Part shown: piece after piece, positions 9,575 through 18,400 of the stretch
Numbering within the stretch: position 1 is the first letter of the stretch
Layout of the letters: the number at the start of each line of letters is the position of its first letter
IMG/VR virus record: IMGVR_UViG_3300020576_006644
Span: 48,624-112,623 of that record
Direction: 5' to 3' (one strand)
DNA from: a virus
Lineage: Duplodnaviria > Caudoviricetes
Length of the DNA stretch: 64,000 nt
Notes under the pieces: model-generated
Told to the model about the DNA's origin: nothing
What the model saw: the letters and a program-made list of their open reading frames with translations, nothing else
The model's database searches: none
Made by a program: the position numbers and the translations under genes

Positions 9575-10101
9575 TTCCAATCCTCCGGCGGCGGAACGGG
9601 ACCAAACCACGGCCCGCTGACATCTTCCACGGACCGCACGACACCGCCATGCAGGAAGACGAGTCGGTTGCTGGACGGGGCAACCTCCCAAAGCCGGTGC
9701 TGCCGCCAGTACCAGCCCGCTTCGGTCGGCACCTCGACGCGCGGGTAGAGCGGCTTCTCATACTGCACCACGACCTTGGGCACCTCCCCGGTCAGCTTCT
9801 TCTCGACCCGATCGAGCGCCTCCATGAACGTGGCGATGGCACCGGGATTACGGAAAGCCAGCACCACGAGAGGACTGTGCGAGGAGGTTGCTTCTCGGGG
9901 TACTAGTTTGCCGGGCTCTCCTGGTTCGCGGAGCGGGACCAGCTCAACACCTGGAATCTGCGGCGCGTTCTCCGGGTCGAGCGGGTCCTTGCACCAGCAG
10001 TTACCGACGCGAACCATCCGGTCGCCAAGGATGACGACAACCCCGACGAGATCACCGCCGTCCTCCTTACCGCCGACGAAGAAAGTGGGCGGAACGGTCA
10101 C
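9571..10101 (-). CDS. Hypothetical protein
   Basis: Coupled ORF. Confidence 0.6.
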   Translation of the reverse strand: MTVPPTFFVGGKEDGGDLVGVVVILGDRMVRVGNCWCKDPLDPENAPQIPGVELVPLREPGEPGKLVPREATSSHSPLVVLAFRNPGAIATFMEALDRVEKKLTGEVPKVVVQYEKPLYPRVEVPTEAGWYWRQHRLWEVAPSSNRLVFLHGGVVRSVEDVSGPWFGPVPPPEDWK

Positions 10102-10448
10102 GACGACTTCCTTTTTATGGCGGTTATTCCGCGACCAACAGGCACGCCGCGAAGCTGCGCAGAGAAGCCGGCCATCAGACGGTCAACCGAGGCGTCCGCT
10201 TCTTCTGCAATCTTGTTGAGCCCAGCGTCGTCCGCCACGTCCTTGTAATCCCGCTCCAGCTTCTTGAGAGGAACGCTGCGGCGGACATTGACGCGGCCGA
10301 CGCGCCGCAGCCGCACCACATCCCCCTTACGGCTGGTGTCCAGGGCGTAGACGTACCAGACGAGCCCTTGCAGGTCTTCCTTGTACTTACCCAAATGCTT
10401 CTGGGCCGCCGGGTCCTTGGCGAGCCACGCCGGGCTAGAGCTTTCCAT
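10098..10448 (-). CDS. Hypothetical protein
   Basis: Coupled ORF. Confidence 0.6.
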   Translation of the reverse strand: MESSSPAWLAKDPAAQKHLGKYKEDLQGLVWYVYALDTSRKGDVVRLRRVGRVNVRRSVPLKKLERDYKDVADDAGLNKIAEEADASVDRLMAGFSAQLRGVPVGRGITAIKRKSS

Positions 10449-10767
10449 CGCGAATCTCCTGGGCGAGCTGGGCCTGCAGCATCATCTCGATGGCGCTGAA
10501 GTCGGTCTCCATGACGACCTTCCCCACAAAGCGGTCGACGCCCGGATCGAACCCAGGAACGAAGAGGCCGCCCTTGAGGCGGAGTTGGTCGATCGGTAGG
10601 TACTGACGGACCACGGCCTCCTTGGTCGTGAACCGGCTCGCCAGCGCCGCCCGCACCCGGGCAGCGATTGCCGGGTCCTGGTAGGCGACCCAATACGTGG
10701 TTCCCACGAACAGCTCGACCGCGCCGGGCCGACAGAGCGTCCCGACCGGATAGTGCATCACCTGCAT
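10435..10767 (-). CDS. Hypothetical protein
   Basis: RBS GGAGG; downstream of SOS-box-like operator. Confidence 0.6.
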   Translation of the reverse strand: MQVMHYPVGTLCRPGAVELFVGTTYWVAYQDPAIAARVRAALASRFTTKEAVVRQYLPIDQLRLKGGLFVPGFDPGVDRFVGKVVMETDFSAIEMMLQAQLAQEIRDGKL

Positions 10768-10813
10768 GGTTTGTCCCTCCTGGGGAAGATCTGCTCAGAT
10801 CACGGTCGGGCTG

Positions 10814-10835
10814 GCAATACTGGACGTTCGGTCAG
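10814..10835 (-). promoter_or_regulatory. LexA-box-like operator fused to -35
   Basis: GCAATA-CTGGAC-GTTC-GGTCAG. Confidence 0.65.
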
Positions 10836-11368
10836 GCCTGACTGTTCGGCGGGGCCCATACCAAGGCGAAAGAGTCAAGTGCCTGCGCCTGCCTGTCGGT
10901 GGTCTTACCTGCGCAGGCTGAGTGCATCCGATAAAAGGCGCAGCGCACACGGATAGCAGGATCATGTGGGGTGACGGACACAGTACGAACAGGCTTATCG
11001 CGCAACGGCAATGCGCACACCGGACACGCGCCGTCTAATCCCGGTTCATGGGTCGGAACTTCCTGATCAGGGCAGTCAAAATAGCCGATACTCGGCTCGA
11101 CCTTGTAGGGTTTGGTCAAAAGGATCGAGGTCAGCACGTAACCTTTGCCGTTTTGCTCCAAGCCCCAACTCAAGCTGTCGTTGTCGAGCACTACTTCAGT
11201 GTAGTGTCCGCACTCATCGGCTTTAATGCGGTCAGTCCTGGTGCCCGACCACCACCGCCCGCGAGCACGCCAGAAGACGTACTCACTGTTCGCCACCGCC
11301 CGTAAATGGTCCTCTATTTTGTGCTGCCTTTTGGGTCCGAAATAATTCTCCACATACGCGCAAGCCAT
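10832..11368 (-). CDS. Hypothetical protein
   Basis: RBS GAGGTG; C-terminal CxxC...H..C. Confidence 0.55.
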   Translation of the reverse strand: MACAYVENYFGPKRQHKIEDHLRAVANSEYVFWRARGRWWSGTRTDRIKADECGHYTEVVLDNDSLSWGLEQNGKGYVLTSILLTKPYKVEPSIGYFDCPDQEVPTHEPGLDGACPVCALPLRDKPVRTVSVTPHDPAIRVRCAFYRMHSACAGKTTDRQAQALDSFALVWAPPNSQA

Positions 11369-11439
11369 GGTTCACCTCTGGATGTTAAGGACGCGATCGG
11401 GGCAGAAATTGGCGAAAATATTTTAGTGATCTCGTTCGG

Positions 11440-11916
11440 TCAGGCCGGGCGGCGCTCCGCGTCCCAGCTGAAGAACTCCACCCGACCGTTGACGGTAAGC
11501 CGACAACGGAACCGCTCGTCAAAGCCGCGCGGCAGGCTGTCACCCTCCACCACGATGAGGTCCGACCGCAGTCCCGCCACCGCACCGCACTGTCTCGTGA
11601 CGGTCAGAGTCGGGTTGGTCTTGTCCCACCCAGCGACGCACAGCCGCACGCGAGTGACCGATTCCAGGAGGCCATCGGGTAGCTTTTCGCACACCGACTG
11701 TAGGAAGCGCTCTGCCGCCCGCGGGAAATTCTGAGCGATGAACAGCACCCGCAGCTTGGGGTTCTTGACGATCTCGTTGGCGATCTGCTGGAGGGTCACG
11801 GTTCGTTCCTTTACCCACGCCTTGAATTTACTTTGCACTGCGGCCAGCTCCGCACGTGCAGCGTCGTTCTCTTCCACCAGGGCTACAAGATCTTGAACAG
11901 AAATTTCTTCACTCAC
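11440..11916 (-). CDS. Hypothetical protein
   Basis: GTGA-coupled ORF. Confidence 0.55.
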   Translation of the reverse strand: MSEEISVQDLVALVEENDAARAELAAVQSKFKAWVKERTVTLQQIANEIVKNPKLRVLFIAQNFPRAAERFLQSVCEKLPDGLLESVTRVRLCVAGWDKTNPTLTVTRQCGAVAGLRSDLIVVEGDSLPRGFDERFRCRLTVNGRVEFFSWDAERRPA

Positions 11917-12527
11917 CGCTTCTCCTCCCGCTTCGCCGCCGCCAGCGCCTGCCGGTGCGCACAGACCTCGCAACCTTCACCCTGACCCATCTTGTGGCCG
12001 TGCATCTTCTCCGAGACCCGGATCGCCAGCTCGTACACGGTGCCTTCGCCGATCAGGTCAAACGTGAGCCCCGCCTCGGCTGGCGTGCGAGCGGCGCGGA
12101 AGATGTGATCCCACACCCGCTTGCGCAGCGCCCACTCCTTGGCCGGGACAGCAGTGTCCGACGAGTTCTGGTAGTGGAAGTCCCTGAACTTGGTCTTCGG
12201 GAGCAGCTTGTCGAGGGTGTCGCCGCCGAAACCGAAGAACTGCACGAGCAGCACGTCCTCCCGATCGATCTGCGTCGGGTAGACAACGGCGCTGCAGGCC
12301 GGGTTCTCCAGGGCCGCGCCGTCGATCACGGCGAACCGCTCCCCACGCTTGAACATCTCGCGGAGGCCGTCGGTAAACGCGCCGAAGTCGAAGTCCTTCG
12401 GAGACCACTCCGCAGCAACATTCGAGATGAACTCGTCCCACAGGTGCTTTCGCATCCGGCCGAGGAACGGCAGGAGCTGGTGGAGCGTCCCCTTGTAGAG
12501 GTAGGCGTCGTAGATCTTGGTGCTCAT
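11913..12527 (-). CDS. Hypothetical protein
   Basis: Coupled ORF with GC3 bias. Confidence 0.65.
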   Translation of the reverse strand: MSTKIYDAYLYKGTLHQLLPFLGRMRKHLWDEFISNVAAEWSPKDFDFGAFTDGLREMFKRGERFAVIDGAALENPACSAVVYPTQIDREDVLLVQFFGFGGDTLDKLLPKTKFRDFHYQNSSDTAVPAKEWALRKRVWDHIFRAARTPAEAGLTFDLIGEGTVYELAIRVSEKMHGHKMGQGEGCEVCAHRQALAAAKREEKR

Positions 12528-13015
12528 GGAAAACAACCCATCTTCATTTGACTAGCGATAACCATGTCGGTTATTTCAAACCACTTGTCTAACATCCCAT
12601 TATCGTCTTGTTGATGTCTGAATGCGCGTATCATCCCTGAGTCGCTAACAGCATCAAACTTCTTGGCATCAAAAGCACCCATCTTCATGGCGTTATACGC
12701 TTGAATTTCGTTAAGCAACATATAGGCCCTAGGCTTATTTATGTCTCTGTACCTAGTAATCCCATATTGGCATACATCCACTACACACGCTTCTTGTTCA
12801 AGGCGTATCATGAGGACTTTATGGTCCCCCTTGGACATAGCGATAACCCCCGCAAGCCATTTGCGTGCTTTGGCCTCTTGTCCTTTACAACTTGCTAGAA
12901 AGTAACTCGCTATGGCCGGACCAGCCCAGCAGTTGTTTGCAATTTCGTGCTCTTGAGCTGTCTCATAAGCCTTACATTCCCTCCGTTCTTTAGCGGAATA
13001 AAACTCTTCAAGCAT
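12524..13015 (-). CDS. Hypothetical protein, AT-richer than its flanks
   Basis: 163-aa ORF in visibly lower-GC DNA. Confidence 0.6.
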   Translation of the reverse strand: MLEEFYSAKERRECKAYETAQEHEIANNCWAGPAIASYFLASCKGQEAKARKWLAGVIAMSKGDHKVLMIRLEQEACVVDVCQYGITRYRDINKPRAYMLLNEIQAYNAMKMGAFDAKKFDAVSDSGMIRAFRHQQDDNGMLDKWFEITDMVIASQMKMGCFP

Positions 13016-13027
13016 AGCTGCAATCCC

Positions 13028-14773
13028 TTAGTTAAAGTAGAACGGTAGACCCTGCTGTAACCACTTGATAGTGACCTCGTCGGCTTGCTCTCCTTCGCGC
13101 ATCGCGTCGAATGACACCTTGCAGCGGCCAAAACCCCCGGCTTCCTTCATCCCCTCCTCCATCGCGCGGCAGACCTTTTCGACCAGGGCGAAATTCGTCT
13201 TCTTCTGCCCGATGCGCTTGATGGCGAAACCGTCGGAGAGATCGAAATAGAGCCGCAGCTTTCCAGCGCACTTGTCCCGCAGGAAGTCCTGACCGGCCAC
13301 GATACCGGCACCCTCGATGTGGTCCAGGGCGAGGTAGATCGCCTTGCGCGCCTTCTTCTCCGCGGTCTGAAGGGTGTCCTGGGGATCGATGACGACGCGC
13401 AGCTCAGTGCCGTTGGCCGCCGCTACCTTGCCGCGGGCGATCAGCTTCCGGGCGAGGCCGCCGTTGCCGTCCGCGCCGAACAGCGCCACCGGGATGTCAG
13501 CGATCGGGTGCGCGAGGACCTGCTCAACGAAGCCGGCAACTTGCCGCTTGGTGTTGCCGACCGGGTACTCTAGCGGCGCCGCCGGGTAGGGACTCGGCTT
13601 GGCTCCGCCGAGCAGCGGTGTCAGTGTTTTTTTGACCAGCTTGCGGGCCGCCGGGAGCATCGTCGGCTGCTTGAGCTGCGTGGCCACCGGCACACCAGCA
13701 GCGGCCAGGGCCTCGCTGGCGATCATCATGTAGGGGTCGAGGCCGCGGGCGGCCCAGCCTTGCAGCAGATCCCGAGCCCGCGGCGCGTCGGCGATCATGG
13801 CGGCGTTGTGAAGATTGCAGGCCACCATGTCCAGCTCCACCGCGTCGGGGAGCACCATGTGGCGGTAGCGCGCTTTGATGTTTCCCGGGGAGCTGAGGGC
13901 ACCGACACGGGTGGACTCGCTGTCCGGCCTGCCGCCGACCAGGGACCGCCCGACCGCGGCGACCTTGGCGATGGTGGCGGCACTCTTGAGGTCCTTGTCC
14001 GCGAGCGCCTGGGTGATAGCGGCTTTGGCCGGCTCGGCGATCTGCGCCTTAAAGGAGGGGAGTGGGCGGTACGCCTGCATACGGCGCTTGCGCACCGGGT
14101 TCCTGCAGGCGGCGATCTGGGCGTCCACCTGATCGAGCAGCTTCTGGACCTTCTCCACTGGGAGCGTCTTTCTCGGCTTGCCGGTGGGGCTGTCGATGCG
14201 GACCGGCTGGTCGATGACCCCGCGCTTGAGCTTCTCCCGAAACAGCTTGATCTCCGCCACCAGCGCCTCGTTCCAGGACAACGCACCAGACCGGCACCAC
14301 CCGTGCTGCCCGAACATCGGCTGCTCATAGTCCTTCACGTCGAGCTTGAGCCCGGCCACCTCTAACTCGCCGGCGAGCTTGGCGAGGGCTGCGGCCGGGC
14401 TCGGCTCACTGAGCAGCGGCGACAGGTAGCTGAGCCCCTGCATTCGCATGTAGCCCTTGTGCCTGCGGCAAGCCGATCGCCCGTAGATCATGTCCTGGAC
14501 GAAGTACAACCTCGCCCTGGCGGCATCGGTAGTGGTTCGCCACGTCTTACCCACCCCGAGAAACAGGAGCGGATAGAAGGTGTGGAGCATCTGCCACAGG
14601 TCTGAGTTGATGAACAGCTTTCGGTGGCGGGTGAATAGTTTCTCTCGCGTGTCGGCGCGCTTCTGCGCGGCCTCGGCGAGGTCTTTTTGACGCTTAGTTC
14701 GGTCTTCTCCAGCGACTACAAAACACACCGCTGGCATTGACCCGTTGACAGCAGGGTCCAGGTTCGAGTACAT
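13028..14773 (-). CDS. Divergent family A polymerase-like protein
   Basis: Ordered motifs ELDMVACN (A), GLDPYMMIA, RKLVKKTLTPLLGG (B), FDLSDGFAI (C); own promoter TTTACA-18-TAGATT at 14799-14828. Confidence 0.5.
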   Translation of the reverse strand: MYSNLDPAVNGSMPAVCFVVAGEDRTKRQKDLAEAAQKRADTREKLFTRHRKLFINSDLWQMLHTFYPLLFLGVGKTWRTTTDAARARLYFVQDMIYGRSACRRHKGYMRMQGLSYLSPLLSEPSPAAALAKLAGELEVAGLKLDVKDYEQPMFGQHGWCRSGALSWNEALVAEIKLFREKLKRGVIDQPVRIDSPTGKPRKTLPVEKVQKLLDQVDAQIAACRNPVRKRRMQAYRPLPSFKAQIAEPAKAAITQALADKDLKSAATIAKVAAVGRSLVGGRPDSESTRVGALSSPGNIKARYRHMVLPDAVELDMVACNLHNAAMIADAPRARDLLQGWAARGLDPYMMIASEALAAAGVPVATQLKQPTMLPAARKLVKKTLTPLLGGAKPSPYPAAPLEYPVGNTKRQVAGFVEQVLAHPIADIPVALFGADGNGGLARKLIARGKVAAANGTELRVVIDPQDTLQTAEKKARKAIYLALDHIEGAGIVAGQDFLRDKCAGKLRLYFDLSDGFAIKRIGQKKTNFALVEKVCRAMEEGMKEAGGFGRCKVSFDAMREGEQADEVTIKWLQQGLPFYFN

Positions 14774-14919
14774 CTTTACCTACGAGGCAGCGGGTCGGAA
14801 TCTACCAAGATCTTCGGCTCGGTGTAAAGGGTCAAACGACCAAAAGTCCCCTTCAGCAAGGGCAGCGGTTATGGCCCCGGCGGTAGCGCGAGTTGCCGCC
14901 GGGGCTGATCGCCTCCCTC

Positions 14920-15678
14920 CTAGGGCTTGGTCCAGGTGATGAGTACCGTCGAAACGTCGGTCCCCTCCTTGGAGAAGGTCCCCGCCGGCAGCTCCTCGAT
15001 TTCCCCGCCGATCGCCAGGGCCTCGCGCAGCCCCTTATAAAGGGCGGTCTCGCGGAAGGTCACGCCGGCCGAGGCAATTGCAGCCAGCCGGCCACCGGGG
15101 CGGAGGAACTTCATCGCGTGCAGGATGTGGCGAGCCTCCTGCCCCTTGGAGAACGGCGGGTTCATGACCACCGCGTCGTAGGTCGCCTCTGGCATCTTTT
15201 GAAGAAAATCGCCGCCTTGCGTGCAGAACCCCGCCACGATTAACTTTGCGGCCCGAGCTGGGTCCTGCTCGTAGCAATAAACCTGAGGGGTGATCGCCTT
15301 CGCCTCCGCCGCGATGCGGCCAAGCCCGGCGGACGGCTCCAGCACAAGATCGCCTGCCCGAACAGCCCAGGCCACCATTCGCTTGGCCAGCTCGGGCGGC
15401 GTCTGGAAGAAGTCCCCGGCGAACTTGGTCTTGAACTCCCCGGTGAGGAGCAGCGCCTCGATCTCGTCTGTCGGATCGTGATCGAACAGGTGCCCCTTCA
15501 CCTTCTTGTTCCAGCTGCCACCCAGGGCCTCCACCGCCTCGTTGAAGGCCACGTAGACCTTGCGGTCTAGCTGCCCATCGGTGATCCGCGCCACCCAGCA
15601 CATCGGACCCTGCTCTACCACCAGCCGGCTCAGCACACCCAGGACTTCCGGGGTTAGCTTCTTAATCGACTTCGCCAT
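14920..15678 (-). CDS. SAM-dependent DNA amino-methyltransferase (N6A)
   Basis: FFQTP, VLEPSAGLG, VVMNPPF, LRPGGRL motifs. Confidence 0.85.
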   Translation of the reverse strand: MAKSIKKLTPEVLGVLSRLVVEQGPMCWVARITDGQLDRKVYVAFNEAVEALGGSWNKKVKGHLFDHDPTDEIEALLLTGEFKTKFAGDFFQTPPELAKRMVAWAVRAGDLVLEPSAGLGRIAAEAKAITPQVYCYEQDPARAAKLIVAGFCTQGGDFLQKMPEATYDAVVMNPPFSKGQEARHILHAMKFLRPGGRLAAIASAGVTFRETALYKGLREALAIGGEIEELPAGTFSKEGTDVSTVLITWTKP

Positions 15679-15737
15679 GTTCACGATCTCCACGTTCAAA
15701 GGTTGAGCACCCACCAAATCTGATTACCCACCCGATC

Positions 15738-16206
15738 GCAATCCTGAACATCCACCCAGCCGAGCCGTTCCCACAGGTACGACCACGGGTACAAAAATCC
15801 TGGTCAAACTAAAATCTCCGACGGAACTACCGGAAAAGAAGTCACACACTAAACGGGGGTGGTGGGTGGTATCTAGGGGGACTAGGGCGGGCAAGGGGCC
15901 GGAGGCGCGGCGGGCAGCCGGCAGGGCGTTTTAAGGGCTGCAGAGCCCGGTGGCCGAGTTTTAGGGTGTCTGGGTCTCCGGTTTTTGTGTCTCGCCTTAC
16001 ATTTTGGACTCCTGTCCCCTGCGGTTTGGGGCTCTAACCACCCTGCCGGCTGCACCCCAACCACCACCTCGTCCCGTTTAGTAGGGTGACTTCTTTTTGG
16101 ATGTCCCCGTCGGTGAGTTTTGCGTGACCACGATCTTTTGTGTGTCTGGGTGGGTTTGTGTCCAATCTGGGTAAGCTGGGATGCTGACCAAACGTCCAGG
16201 ATTGCC
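15738..16206. repeat. Long imperfect inverted repeat in the divergent intergenic region (candidate origin)
   Basis: Arm 15791-15869 matches the reverse complement of 16057-16141 (shared AAAAGAAGTCAC..ACTAAACGGG, CCGACGG, TGGTCA); operator-like sites at 15738-15759 and 16184-16206. Confidence 0.75.
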
Positions 16207-16231
16207 TTGGCTGATCGGGCGGCTGTAGCGT
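16184..16231 (+). promoter_or_regulatory. SOS-box-like operator + leaderless sigma70-type promoter
   Basis: CTGACC-AAAC-GTCCAG, then TTGCCT-18-TAGCGT, 7 nt before ATG 16239. Confidence 0.65.
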
Positions 16232-16238
16232 CCAGCTC

Positions 16239-17297
16239 ATGAAACCGACCCACTACCAGATCCTGGGGATCGCCAAGACCGCTGCGGCTGAGGAGGTGAA
16301 GGCCGCCTTTCGCAGGCTGGCCCGGCTGAACCACCCCGATCGAAACCCGGGTGACAGGGCAGCCGAGGAGCGGTTCAAGCTGGCCGCTGCAGCCTACGAG
16401 GTGCTGTCCGACCCCGCCAAGCGTCAGCACTACGATCGCTTCGGCACCGCGGCCCCGATCGTCATCCCCAGCCGCAAGGGCCGCTACCTGATAGAGGGCC
16501 AGATCGCCTCCGGGGACCTCGCCGACATCTACAAGGCCAAGCGCGAGGCGGACGGGTGGCAGGTCGTCCTCAAGGTCGCCCGGTCGCCCGCGGTGAACGA
16601 CCTCCTGGCGGCCGAGGCTGCGCGGCTGAAGGACCTGTTCCCGATCGCTGCCTCACCGATGGGGCCCGGGGTCCGCTACCTGCCCAAGTTTTACGACAGC
16701 TTCCAGGTGGATGACGGGACGCGGCGGCAGGTGCTGGTGCTGGACTACCTCGCCGACTTCGCCACCTTCGAGCAGGTTCGGTCGCACTTCCCCGCCGGGG
16801 TGGCCCTGGAGCATGGGGTCTGGATGTTCAACCGCCTGCTGGAGGGCCTCGACTATGCGCACCGCCAGGGGCACGTTCACGGGGCGCTCGTGCCGTCGAA
16901 CGCCATGGTTTGGCTCGACCCCATGGGGCACCTGTGCAAGATCATCGACTGGAGCTACGCCGGCAAGGTCGGCGAGCGCGTCAAGGCGATTTCCCCGAGC
17001 TGGCGGTCGTTTTACCCGCCCGAGGTCCTGGGGAAGCAGCCGGCCACCGCGGCGACCGACATCTATATGGCGGCCAAGCTCGTCGGCTACGTCCTGGGTG
17101 GCACCGAGGCGAGTCACTGGCTCCCGTCGGCCGCCCCCGACTACTTGCGGCGGTTCTTGACGGGCTGCTGTCTGCCGGACCCGCGGCAGCGCCCCCAGGG
17201 CGCCTGGGCCGCCCACGAAGAGTTCCGCGCCTACATGCAGGCGCATTACGGGCCGAAGAAGTTCGTGCCCTTTACCAACCCGGGCTGGGCCCGGTAG
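16239..17297 (+). CDS. J-domain (DnaJ) fused to Ser/Thr kinase-like (pseudokinase) domain
   Basis: HYQILG...HPDRN...AYEVLSD..KR..YD; kinase [24 protein letters not shown]. Confidence 0.85.
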   Translation: MKPTHYQILGIAKTAAAEEVKAAFRRLARLNHPDRNPGDRAAEERFKLAAAAYEVLSDPAKRQHYDRFGTAAPIVIPSRKGRYLIEGQIASGDLADIYKAKREADGWQVVLKVARSPAVNDLLAAEAARLKDLFPIAASPMGPGVRYLPKFYDSFQVDDGTRRQVLVLDYLADFATFEQVRSHFPAGVALEHGVWMFNRLLEGLDYAHRQGHVHGALVPSNAMVWLDPMGHLCKIIDWSYAGKVGERVKAISPSWRSFYPPEVLGKQPATAATDIYMAAKLVGYVLGGTEASHWLPSAAPDYLRRFLTGCCLPDPRQRPQGAWAAHEEFRAYMQAHYGPKKFVPFTNPGWAR

Positions 17298-17316
17298 ACG
17301 ACAAGGAGAAGATGCC

Positions 17317-18339
17317 ATGGGATACGCAAACTACAGCGACGATGCGGCGGCGGCACGGGTGACGAGCCGGGTGGCGGATGGCAAGCCGGCGGTGGCCAGC
17401 TACACGGCGGACGTGCGCAGCGGCGCCGCGCCGGCCAAGGCGCACAAGGACCTCGACCCCAAGGGGATGCTGTTTCGCGAGAGCCGCGACAGCGCCAACC
17501 ACCCCGAGTCGGTGCCGGTGATCATTGGCCTGGACCAGACCGGGTCCATGGGCCGGGTGGTCAAGCAGATTCAGAAGTCGATCACCCCGATCATGAAGCT
17601 GCTGGTGGACAAGGGCTACCTGCCCCACCCCCACATCATGGTGATCGGTATCGGTGACAGCCCCAACATGGAGGCGGCCCCGCTGCAGGTCAGCCAGTTT
17701 GAGAGCGACGACAAGATCGAGGCGTGCATCGACAGCATCTACATCGAGGGCAACGGCGGCGGCCAGAACAAGGAGAGCTACCAGAACGCCGCCTACGTCG
17801 CCGGCTTCAAGACCCGGACCGACCACTTCGAGAAGCGCGGGCAGAAGGGCTACTTCTTCATCATCGGCGACGAGATGAACCACCGCTTCGAGCGGCAGGA
17901 GCTTATCGACCTCATCGGGACGGCGGACGAGCGGGGCCTCTCCGAGGAGCTGACCACCCAGCAGGTCTACGAGCGGGCCAAGGAGCGGTATCACATCTTC
18001 TTCGTCCTCCCCAAGAACGCCCAGAACGGCGGCAACCCGGGTATCAAGAACCACTGGAAGGTGCTGCTCGGGGAGGAGAATGTGCTGGAGCTGGCGGACG
18101 AGAACGCCGCCGGTGAGTTTATCGCCGCCCAGATCGGCCTGTGCGAGGACCGCACGGACCTGGACACCATCGCCCGCGACATCGTGGATATCCACGGCGC
18201 CGGTGCGCACTCCCACGCGCTCGTGGCCGCCGTGACGGGCGGCGTGTCGACCACCTACAAGGGGCAGACGCTGGCGCGTGTTCCGGCCGGCAGCCTCACC
18301 CCGTCCACCAACAACCCGGTCAGCATCGACCGTTTGTAA
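17317..18339 (+). CDS. von Willebrand factor A domain protein
   Basis: MIDAS-like DQTGSM, GIGD, GGG..ESY, IIGDE. Confidence 0.8.
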   Translation: MGYANYSDDAAAARVTSRVADGKPAVASYTADVRSGAAPAKAHKDLDPKGMLFRESRDSANHPESVPVIIGLDQTGSMGRVVKQIQKSITPIMKLLVDKGYLPHPHIMVIGIGDSPNMEAAPLQVSQFESDDKIEACIDSIYIEGNGGGQNKESYQNAAYVAGFKTRTDHFEKRGQKGYFFIIGDEMNHRFERQELIDLIGTADERGLSEELTTQQVYERAKERYHIFFVLPKNAQNGGNPGIKNHWKVLLGEENVLELADENAAGEFIAAQIGLCEDRTDLDTIARDIVDIHGAGAHSHALVAAVTGGVSTTYKGQTLARVPAGSLTPSTNNPVSIDRL

Positions 18340-18400
18340 GGGCGAAGCGGTGCGCGGATCTTCATCTTTGGGAGATCCGCGCACCCACAAGGAGGCGCTC

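Noticed and set aside
15720-16238. Protelomerase telRL site, or ORF 15882-16430
   Set aside because: The repeat is degenerate with a long spacer rather than a perfect palindrome and no protelomerase is seen; the ORF is largely the antisense shadow of the J-domain
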